Below, piece after piece: positions 36,138 through 43,938 of a DNA stretch of 64,000 nucleotides; position 1 is the first letter of the stretch, and the number at the start of each line of letters is the position of its first letter. This DNA is from Blastocatellia bacterium (lineage in GTDB: Bacteria; Acidobacteriota; Blastocatellia; UBA7656): NCBI GenBank assembly GCA_963765495.1, contig CAVXWP010000016.1:32001-96000 (forward strand), given 5' to 3'. The notes under the pieces are model-generated. The model did no database searches. It had not been told where the DNA came from and saw nothing but the letters and a program-made list of their open reading frames with translations. The translations under genes were made by a program, and so were the position numbers.

Positions 36138-38666
36138 CTACTTGAAATTTATGCTTAGCTTCCCGCTGTAGGTGCGCGGGCGTCCGATGGTCGTTCCTGA
36201 AAACACGCTCTCGAATGTGATCAGGTGAAACTTGTCGGTGAAGTTCTGAACATTGAACTGAGCCGATAGCCCGACGTGCTCGCTCACGGGCAGGTCAGTG
36301 CCTACGGAAAAATCGAGCACCGTGTGCGGAAGTATAAAGCCGCGTTCCAGATTCACCTGTTCCAGAACCTCTTCGGGGAACTCCTCTTCAAAGTCGCCCT
36401 CTGCCATATCGGGCTCAAGCTCTACGGAAAAACCGCTGTCGTGACGCCCGCCAAAGGCCACCCAGAAATGTCCCGGCAGCCGGTCGTAAAGCGCCTGAAA
36501 AACCACGGTGTTGCGCTGGTCTTCTTCGATATTGACACGTTGACCGCTGCGCTCGCGAAGGTCTATGGCTTCGCCTAAGAAGAGCCCCCCGGTTATCGGC
36601 GCAAAGCCGTATATGTGCAGGTTCGTGTAGCTGACAAAACCCGAGAACCCGTGCACGCGCGCAAGATCGAGCCTCGTCTCCACACCCTTTGATCGGCTGC
36701 GGCTGAGATTTGCCGGAAAGATGATACCGGTCTCGAGAAAGTTTGTTATCTCGGGCGGGTTCTTCAAACGGCGGTAAAAGAAATCGGCGTCGAATCTCAT
36801 ATAGCGCGAAATCTTCTGTTGAAACCCGAGATCAACCTGCCACTCGCGGCTGGGCCGCACGGGCTCGCCTCGCTCGTCGCCCATGTCTTCTTCGTCGCCT
36901 TCGTCCTCGTTTGCGCGCACGCGGCTGTTGAGCCTGAAGCTGTTGAGTCTGAAGCTGTTGAGTCTGAAGCTGTTGAGTCTGAAGCTGTTGAGTCTGAGGC
37001 TGTCTGCGCCTTCTTCTTCGTCGCCGGGGCTGAATATGCGGGCATCTTCCGAAGAGGAGAGCAGAAGGTTTTCAAGCGCCGGGGTCTCAAGAAAGCGGTT
37101 GTAGGAAGCGCGCAAGACCGTTCCGGTATTTTCGATGTAGTAGGCAACCCCGAGGCGCGGGCTCAGATAATTCTTCTCGACCAGAAAATGATAGCTGTCA
37201 AACCTGACGCCCAGATCGAACGTCAGATGGCGCGTAGCCTTTATGTGATCCTGTACATAGGCCGAGCCTTCCCACCCTGTATGGTGATCGTTGAAAAAGA
37301 ACGGGTTGCCAAGCGAAAAATCCTGAACGTCTTCGGGCAGGTCAGGCTCTTTTTCTACGAGTTCTTCCAGATCGGTTATCGCAAAGGTGAAAGATTCCGT
37401 CACGGGAAAACGCGTGTATTGCCCGCCCGTCTTGATCGTATGAGCGCCCGCTTGATAGGTGAGCGAGCCAAGCACGCCGTAATTCGAATGATGCCGCGAC
37501 TGTTCCGCAAAGACCGGACCCGCTTCCAGATTGCTGCGAAGCTTGGCCGCATTGTATCGCTGAAAAGCTGCTATGTCGCCCACGAGATTATCGGAAAAGA
37601 TATGCTGCCACGAAAGCGCCTGCATATGATCATAGGTGCGGCGGCGCTGGTCCTGGCCTTCTTCTTCTTGATCCTCAAAATTCGGCACGTCGAAACGCTG
37701 CCTGTCGAAAAACAGATTGAGGCGAATGAGGTCGTTCGGATTTGGCGCGTAATCGAGTTTGGCGAATGTCTTTACGGCCGTTCCGTGATTATGAAAGTTT
37801 TCAGGCTCGGGCGGGTCGAGGAATCGGTCCGTAGTCGAACCCGCACCGCTCAGGAAATATCCGAACTTGTGCGTGTGGCCTCCGACATCGAAAGAGGTTT
37901 CAAAGCTGTCGAAACTCCCGCCCGAAACCGTCACGCTGCCCTGAGTCGGGGTCTCAAGCCCGCTTCGCGTGGTGACGGCAATCACACCGGCCAGTTTGTC
38001 GCCGTATTCGGCCGGGATGTCTGCTGTGGTCACTTCCACCGAACGAAAATTGCGCGGGTCGGGCGAGCTTGCAAACGTAGACGCGATTGTGTCGGTCACC
38101 GGAATGCCGTCTATAGAATACTGCACCTGATATTCGATGCCGCGCGCGTGCAATCGTCCGTTTGCGTCGAGCGTCCATCCCGGAGCCGTAGAGATTAGCT
38201 CTTCCGTGCTGCGGCTTGGTTGAGCGGTTGGGAAATGAAGTACCTGATTGCGATCTATGACCACGCTTGGCGCGGTCTTTTCCGGCTCCACAAGCTCACG
38301 GTCTGCGGCAATATCGACCTCCTGCCGAACCGGCGCAACTCCAAGCTTAATGTTGATCTGTTGTACGAGGTTCGATCTTACGCTCACTTCCTCGTCCGCA
38401 GGCTCAAAACCCGAGCCCTCAACCCTGAGCGTATAGCGATTGAAGGGAACATCTACAAGTTGATAACTACCCTGACCATCGGTCACAGCCTGTTGAAGGT
38501 AACCTGTGATCGAGTTTGTCAAATTTACTTTTGCGCCTGCCACTACAGCGCCGGTCTGATCCGTGACCACACCTCGAATGATGCCTACGTTGGATTGAGC
38601 CAGACCCGTGACGGTCAAAGCGAGCAAAATCAAGATGAGCGAGCAAAATCCACTGGTATTTTTCAT
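36138..38666 (-). CDS. TonB-dependent receptor
   Basis: Signal peptide, carboxypeptidase-regulatory N-domain (GVVTDQTGAVVAGAKV), plug (IPAEYGDKLAGVI), barrel ending GRPRTYSGKLSINFK. Confidence 0.9.
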   Translation of the reverse strand: MKNTSGFCSLILILLALTVTGLAQSNVGIIRGVVTDQTGAVVAGAKVNLTNSITGYLQQAVTDGQGSYQLVDVPFNRYTLRVEGSGFEPADEEVSVRSNLVQQINIKLGVAPVRQEVDIAADRELVEPEKTAPSVVIDRNQVLHFPTAQPSRSTEELISTAPGWTLDANGRLHARGIEYQVQYSIDGIPVTDTIASTFASSPDPRNFRSVEVTTADIPAEYGDKLAGVIAVTTRSGLETPTQGSVTVSGGSFDSFETSFDVGGHTHKFGYFLSGAGSTTDRFLDPPEPENFHNHGTAVKTFAKLDYAPNPNDLIRLNLFFDRQRFDVPNFEDQEEEGQDQRRRTYDHMQALSWQHIFSDNLVGDIAAFQRYNAAKLRSNLEAGPVFAEQSRHHSNYGVLGSLTYQAGAHTIKTGGQYTRFPVTESFTFAITDLEELVEKEPDLPEDVQDFSLGNPFFFNDHHTGWEGSAYVQDHIKATRHLTFDLGVRFDSYHFLVEKNYLSPRLGVAYYIENTGTVLRASYNRFLETPALENLLLSSSEDARIFSPGDEEEGADSLRLNSFRLNSFRLNSFRLNSFRLNSRVRANEDEGDEEDMGDERGEPVRPSREWQVDLGFQQKISRYMRFDADFFYRRLKNPPEITNFLETGIIFPANLSRSRSKGVETRLDLARVHGFSGFVSYTNLHIYGFAPITGGLFLGEAIDLRERSGQRVNIEEDQRNTVVFQALYDRLPGHFWVAFGGRHDSGFSVELEPDMAEGDFEEEFPEEVLEQVNLERGFILPHTVLDFSVGTDLPVSEHVGLSAQFNVQNFTDKFHLITFESVFSGTTIGRPRTYSGKLSINFK
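36924..37003. repeat. In-frame 15-bp tandem repeat x5 (RLNSF) inside the TonB-dependent receptor
   Basis: gctgttgagtctgaa units read directly. Confidence 0.9.
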
Positions 38667-38707
38667 ATGATCCTCCTTTGTTTTTATGCCTTATACCCGC
38701 TCAGGTA

Positions 38708-38866
38708 TTATCGCGGGGCGGGATCACCCGTGCGGTCCCGCCCCGGCTTATCATCGCTTTCACTCTCAACGGCAAAGGCCGTCGAAGGTAAAGGCACTAA
38801 AAGGAGCATGCCAATGAAATGGCAATATATGCTCCTCCTCACCTTCTTATAAATGTGATGTCTCAA
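38708..38866 (-). pseudogene. 52-aa ORF that is mostly a signal peptide (remnant or small secreted peptide)
   Basis: TTG start; MRHHIYKKVRRSIYCHFIGMLLLVPLPSTAFA-VESESDDKPG...; runs into a GC-rich hairpin at about 38715-38746. Confidence 0.35.
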
Positions 38867-39065
38867 TATATCGCTCTATCCTCCTGTTGAATGATGATCC
38901 GTCATAGCAAACGGAAGGGTTAGAGTTGATCGATTCCCCGGGGCCGGGATCAAAGCAGGTGAAGTGGATTGTTTATGTGCCGCATTGAAACCCGGTCGGC
39001 TATATTGTAAAGTTCCATGCCAATGACGCTTTATAAAAATACTGTCCGGGCGATCTTATGAGCAT

Positions 39066-39108
39066 TCCTGATTGAATCAGGAGGATCAATCCGTGCATTA
39101 AAATGCAC
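39066..39108. promoter_or_regulatory. Two perfect palindromes, candidate transcription-factor operators
   Basis: TCCTGATTGAATCAGGA (39066-39082) and GTGCATTAAAATGCAC (39093-39108) upstream of the receptor unit. Confidence 0.4.
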
Positions 39109-39195
39109 AACAATCAGGACGGCCTTAGCCAGTCACCCGGACAGTTCACCCGGTTCCCCAACCGGATGTTAAAAAAACTCTTAATAGACTTTCGC

Positions 39196-40104
39196 TCAAC
39201 GGTCTATCGCTCCTCTGAGAGCTTCTCTCTCACTGGTTTCGTAAACGGGTTTGGCATCTGAGAGACACTCCGCCCGGCGACCCGTGCCGTGATAAACCAC
39301 AAGCGGGCATTTGAGGTATGGATGACTCGTGACGGCGACCTCAATAGAAAAAGTTTCGTATATAGCCCCGCTCGTGAGCACACAGGCGGGCGGGCCGGAA
39401 TAAGTGATCGCGCCGTCTTTCATCATCACGATCCTGTCGGCGTATTGCGCCGCGAGATTCAAATCATGAAGTATGACCATCACACCTACGCCCTCGCCTG
39501 CCAGCCGTCGCGCGATTTCAAGCGAGCCGTGCTGATGCGCTAAATCGAGGCTCGATGTAGGCTCGTCCATCAGCAGATAGCGCGCCTTAATTTCGGCCTT
39601 ACCGGCGACCTCATTTGCGGGCGATTCCCATATCTGCGCAAGCACGCGAGCGAGTTGCACGCGCTGTCGCTCGCCGCCCGAAAGAGTCGGATAGAGCCTT
39701 TGTTCGAGGTGTCGGGCCTCCACGAGTTCGAGCGCCTCGCGCGCTATCTCGTAATCGCGTTCGCTCTCCGTGCCTTTGACATGCGGCGTGCGACCCATCA
39801 GCACCACTTCAAAGACCGTAAACGGGAAGCTCAGAGTCGAATCCTGCGGCAGCACCGCTCTCACCCGAGCGCGTTCGATGACGGGCCAGTCTTCGATAGG
39901 CCGCCCGCTCATGAAGACTTCTCCGCGCGCGGGTTTCAAATCGCCCGACAGCGCACGCCGCAGCGTGGATTTGCCCGCTCCGTTCGGCCCGACGATTGCG
40001 ACGACTTCGCCCACGTTGAGCTTTACCGACACGCCTTCGAGCAGCGATTTTGCGCCGACAGTAACCTGAAGATTGCGAGCTTCGATCAATGTATGACCCT
40101 CCAC
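39196..40104 (-). CDS. hmuV: HmuV-like iron-chelate ABC transporter ATPase
   Basis: GPNGAGKS, LSGGERQRVQLARVLAQ, LMDEPTSSLDLAHQ, ILHDLNLAAQYAD. Confidence 0.85.
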   Translation of the reverse strand: MEGHTLIEARNLQVTVGAKSLLEGVSVKLNVGEVVAIVGPNGAGKSTLRRALSGDLKPARGEVFMSGRPIEDWPVIERARVRAVLPQDSTLSFPFTVFEVVLMGRTPHVKGTESERDYEIAREALELVEARHLEQRLYPTLSGGERQRVQLARVLAQIWESPANEVAGKAEIKARYLLMDEPTSSLDLAHQHGSLEIARRLAGEGVGVMVILHDLNLAAQYADRIVMMKDGAITYSGPPACVLTSGAIYETFSIEVAVTSHPYLKCPLVVYHGTGRRAECLSDAKPVYETSEREALRGAIDR

Positions 40105-41180
40105 TTGCGGTCGCGCAGCAGAAGCCAGAGGAAAAAGGGCGCGCCGGTCAGGGCGGTCAAAACGCCTATCGGCAACTCGGCAGGGGCAACCACGGTGCGG
40201 GCGATCAGATCGGCCGCAAGCAGCAGGCTTGCCCCCAGCAAAGCCGCGCCCGGAAGTAATCTTCTGTGATCAGGCCCCATCATCAATCTGAGCAGGTGCG
40301 GCACAACGAGACCTACAAAGGCGATTATTCCTGTAAAAGCGACCGACGCCCCGACAGCCATCGCAACAAGAATCACGGTCAGCCGCTTTACGTTTTCGAT
40401 GCTGATGCCGAGATGCAAGGCTTCGGCCTCGCCAAGCAGCAGCGCGTTCAACCCGCGAGCGAGTCGGGGGAAGATCACAAGCGGCGCAAAGATAAAAGGC
40501 GCGGCCACGCCTACCGACAGCCACGTTGCGCCGCCAAGGCTGCCTAGTTTCCAGAAGGTTATGCTGCGAATCTGTGTATCGGTGGCGAAAAAAGTGAGCA
40601 GCCCCGAAAACGCCTGCCCCAGCGCGTTTATCGCTATCCCGGCAAGCAGCAGCGTAGCAACTACGGTCTGTCCCGCGATGGTCGCCAGGCGATAAATTAT
40701 CATCGTGGTCACCAACCCTCCGACGAATGCGCCGATGGGCAACACAAAAAGACCGACCATAAGCGGCAGACTGAGCGACACTGCGTCTCCGACTATGATC
40801 ACCAGGGTTGCGGCAAGCGCCGCGCCGCTTGATATTCCTATCAGGCTAGGGTCGGCCAGGGGGTTGCGAAACAGTCCCTGCATGGCCGCGCCCGACATTC
40901 CAAGCGCCGCCCCCACAAGTCCTCCAAGCAACACGCGCGGCAATCTGATGGCCACAAGCGTAGCTTCCTGCTGCTCGGTGAAACCCCATGGCAAATCTAG
41001 CCCGATTCTATGGCTGATTATCGAAAGAGACTGAGCAAGCGATATTTCCACCGCGCCTTTGTCGATTGACAGAAATACGATAAAGACCAGCAACATCGTG
41101 AGGCCGACAATCGCATAGCTTCCACGCTGATTGTTGCGCCTCGCAATCAGACCCGGAAATATCCGCGCGATGGTGGACAT
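40086..41180 (-). CDS. hmuU: FecCD/HmuU-family ABC permease
   Basis: IRLPRVLLG, QGLFRNPLADP, IAFVGLVVPHLLR, ELPIGVLTALTGAPFF; start overlaps the upstream stop (TGATG). Confidence 0.85.
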   Translation of the reverse strand: MSTIARIFPGLIARRNNQRGSYAIVGLTMLLVFIVFLSIDKGAVEISLAQSLSIISHRIGLDLPWGFTEQQEATLVAIRLPRVLLGGLVGAALGMSGAAMQGLFRNPLADPSLIGISSGAALAATLVIIVGDAVSLSLPLMVGLFVLPIGAFVGGLVTTMIIYRLATIAGQTVVATLLLAGIAINALGQAFSGLLTFFATDTQIRSITFWKLGSLGGATWLSVGVAAPFIFAPLVIFPRLARGLNALLLGEAEALHLGISIENVKRLTVILVAMAVGASVAFTGIIAFVGLVVPHLLRLMMGPDHRRLLPGAALLGASLLLAADLIARTVVAPAELPIGVLTALTGAPFFLWLLLRDRKWRVIH

Positions 41181-42175
41181 CACTTCTTTCCCCCATCGGC
41201 AGCCTGAGACTTGTTGCCGTTTTCGTTTGCCGTAGCGGTCTTGACCTCCGGGGCTTGAGCGTGGAGCTTTCCGGTCAGGTCCAGCACAGCCCGTCCCACA
41301 CCCGGCCCGAAGCCTTGAAAATACATGTCGCTCACCGGGACGATGCGGCGATTCTTACCGGCAGGCGTAAGCGCGACCCCCGGGAATTTCAATACGCCTT
41401 CAACGCCGCCGCTTCTTTCAAAGCTGCGCTCGGTCATCAAGAGGATGTCGGGTTGAGCCGCTACCACCGCTTCATCGGTCATCTGACGGAAGCCCTGAAA
41501 TTCGGTGATGGGATTGACGCCGCCCGCAAGCCGGATCATCTCGTCAATAGTCGTGCCCTTCCCCGACATGGTTGCGCTTGGCGCATTCGGCCCGCGACCG
41601 GCAAAGACCACTTTTGGTTTCATCTGAACGTTTGCAAGCATTCGCGCGACCTCTTGCATGTCGCGGTCAATCGCCCCGGTCAACTCTTCGCCACGCGGTT
41701 CGAGGTTGAGCGCCTTCGCGATAGTGCGAATCTTTTGCTTTACCGCGTCAACCGAATAATTGGCCGTGATCGCAAGCACCGTGACGCCCGAGGATTTCAG
41801 TTGATCGATGACCGGAGCCGGACCGGCGTCATCGGTCATAACAAGCAGGGTAGGGTTGAGCGACAAAATGCCTTCTGCCGAAAGCGTATTCCTCGGCCCC
41901 ACTTTTGGCAGTTGCCGCGCTTCGGTTATGTATTCGCTGCTCGAATTGTCTACGCCGACGACTTTGTCGCCCACGCCCAGAGCATAAATCGTCTCGGTTA
42001 CGGCGGTGCCAACAGAGACTATCCGAGAGCTATCGTTGATGGTGATCGTGTTGCCCGCAGCATCGGTAACGCTTGCCTTTGCCGTTTCGCCCGAAGAGGA
42101 TTTTTGACAGGCGGAAAACCACAACGCGCAGGTCGCGATGATCAGAAGCGCAAATAAAGAATAGATTTTAGTCAT
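41180..42175 (-). CDS. HmuT-like ABC substrate-binding lipoprotein
   Basis: Lipobox-like FSAC; RIVS...VTETIYALG, VVGVD, LSAEGILSLNP, TPAGKNRRIV. Confidence 0.85.
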   Translation of the reverse strand: MTKIYSLFALLIIATCALWFSACQKSSSGETAKASVTDAAGNTITINDSSRIVSVGTAVTETIYALGVGDKVVGVDNSSSEYITEARQLPKVGPRNTLSAEGILSLNPTLLVMTDDAGPAPVIDQLKSSGVTVLAITANYSVDAVKQKIRTIAKALNLEPRGEELTGAIDRDMQEVARMLANVQMKPKVVFAGRGPNAPSATMSGKGTTIDEMIRLAGGVNPITEFQGFRQMTDEAVVAAQPDILLMTERSFERSGGVEGVLKFPGVALTPAGKNRRIVPVSDMYFQGFGPGVGRAVLDLTGKLHAQAPEVKTATANENGNKSQAADGGKK

Positions 42176-42227
42176 ATGCCTGTTAGGCGGTACAAATGAA
42201 ATCGAATGAAGAGCACATAGAAATAGA

Positions 42228-42318
42228 CCACGGATCCCAGGGATCAGGCGGATAAACACGGATTTGACCATATTTGATCCGATCCGCGAATATCGGCTTG
42301 ATCCGCGTCATCCGTGGC
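42228..42318. repeat. CCACGGAT...ATCCGTGG imperfect palindrome (REP-like)
   Basis: ccacggatcccagggatcaggcggataaacacggat ... atccgcgaatatcggcttgatccgcgtcatccgtgg. Confidence 0.6.
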
Positions 42319-42381
42319 CTATTTCTTATCACCCTATTTTGGAATTGCCTGTAGATTCATCTGTGCCAAACACAATACGGA

Positions 42382-43110
42382 TCAATGATGGACCTGCTCG
42401 ATTCCGAGAACCGGATGGACCTCGTACCACTGATGGTTTTCCTGACCGTCGTAGCGGCTCACGCCGTAAACTCTCACGCGAGAGCCGACGGCAGGCGGCT
42501 CAATGCGAATCGGGCTTATGATCTCGCAAACGACGAAAGGGCCTGTCTCTTCCAGGTTTTCGACCAGCTTGAATGTAAGATCGCCGTCATCGCGGTCGAA
42601 TCTGACTTCGCTGACATAACCTTCGGCGACCACGTGAGGTTGAGTGTTGCGCTCCATATCGGCGATGTTGACGGCGTGGAACTCGTCCAGATCAACTATG
42701 CCTGTAACATTTACCGCTTCCGTCCTCTCGCCCTCGAGAATATGGCGGCTCGTTACGAAAAGCGCCCCCAAAAGCAGAAGCACCATCACAAGCAAACCGG
42801 CCACGAATTCGGGTTTGACAAACAATCCGCGCCAGCGAACACGCGCAGGCTCAACCGGGGCGGAGCCGCCAACAACGTGCGACGGGCCTGTTTCTATAGC
42901 GGCCTCGATTGCATCCCAGGGATCGCGCTCAAGCTCGATGCGCGGCATCCCTCGCGCAAAGCGATGCCCATCACGCAGTCGCGCAAGTCGGCTGCGGCAC
43001 CACTGGCAATCGAGCAGATGTGCCTCCATGCGATTGATGGTGCCGGGATCAACCTCATGATCCAGATAACGTGAGAAATTGCGTTGTATATCAACACGCC
43101 AGCATCTCAT
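42382..43110 (-). CDS. Zinc-finger (zf-HC2) anti-sigma factor with TM helix and OB-fold-like C-domain
   Basis: HLLDCQWC, one TM helix, C-terminus ...VRVYG...WYEVHPV; GAAGGAG RBS; follows the ECF sigma gene. Confidence 0.85.
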   Translation of the reverse strand: MRCWRVDIQRNFSRYLDHEVDPGTINRMEAHLLDCQWCRSRLARLRDGHRFARGMPRIELERDPWDAIEAAIETGPSHVVGGSAPVEPARVRWRGLFVKPEFVAGLLVMVLLLLGALFVTSRHILEGERTEAVNVTGIVDLDEFHAVNIADMERNTQPHVVAEGYVSEVRFDRDDGDLTFKLVENLEETGPFVVCEIISPIRIEPPAVGSRVRVYGVSRYDGQENHQWYEVHPVLGIEQVHH

Positions 43111-43132
43111 CGGTGCTACTCCTTCGCGCGCT

Positions 43133-43714
43133 TCACAATATGCGTTTGAGAGGCCGAAGCCGCGCTTCCAGTCTGGCAAGCGCTCGATTCAACCTCGAAG
43201 CCACTGTGCCCGGCGCGCAATCTAAGACAGTGGCTATTTCCTCGTAAGAGAGTTCCTCTAAATACTTGAGCGCGACAACAGCGCGCATCTTTGGCGGCAA
43301 CTCCATAATGGCCTGCCGCACGATTTCCTGACGCTGATTGAGCGCGTGGCGTTCGTCTGGTCTGAGCGCCTCATCGAATTCATCGCCGCTTCCTAAAATC
43401 GCCTCAAGCGGCACATATTGACCGCCTCGCCGCCGCTTCTGGTCCAGGCATTCGTTGAGCGTGATGCGATATATCCACGTCGCAAGACTCGATTCGAATC
43501 GAAAACCCGGAAGCGCCCGATATACCTTTATGAAGATCACCTGTATCACATCTTCGGCAGCAAGCTGATCGCCAAGCGAGTAAAACACCAGATTATAGAC
43601 CCGATCCCGGAAGCGCTCGTACAGCCCCTTAAACGCAGCGCGATCCCCCCCCTGCGCCCGCAGCACAAGCTCTCGCTCTGTAGGATTTGAAGTCGTTTCT
43701 TTGGAATCTGGCAT
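43133..43714 (-). CDS. ECF RNA polymerase sigma factor
   Basis: GDRAAFKGLYE, AEDVIQVIFIK, TWIYRITLN, LSYEEIATVLDCAPGTVASRLNRA. The longer ORF start runs through repeats. Confidence 0.92.
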   Translation of the reverse strand: MPDSKETTSNPTERELVLRAQGGDRAAFKGLYERFRDRVYNLVFYSLGDQLAAEDVIQVIFIKVYRALPGFRFESSLATWIYRITLNECLDQKRRRGGQYVPLEAILGSGDEFDEALRPDERHALNQRQEIVRQAIMELPPKMRAVVALKYLEELSYEEIATVLDCAPGTVASRLNRALARLEARLRPLKRIL

Positions 43715-43787
43715 TTTAATCAAGATATACGCTTCATTATATATTAGACGCATGCTGAAAAGTTTTCTTCCAAAAGAAGGGGAGAAA

Positions 43788-43938
43788 AGTAGGCAGTAGG
43801 CAGTAAGCAGTAGGCAGTAGGCAGTTGATACTGAACCGACGACTACTGCTAAAGAGAGCACGGGGTGTGCATATGAATAGATGGTACCCAACTCCGTTAC
43901 TGCCTACTGCTACTGCCTACTGCTTACTGCTTACTGCC
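43788..43938. repeat. Inverted AGGCAGT/ACTGCCT heptamer arrays
   Basis: agtaggcagtaggcagtaagcagtaggcagtaggcag ... tactgcctactgctactgcctactgcttactgcttactgc; half copy near 63135-63155. Confidence 0.75.

Noticed and set aside
36819-38198. 459-aa plus-strand ORF with AVESE repeats
   Set aside because: Antisense shadow of the TonB-dependent receptor.
43715-43891. Hydrophobic N-terminus on the ECF sigma factor (TAYCLLLTAYCLL)
   Set aside because: It is the translation of a heptamer array, not a real TM segment.
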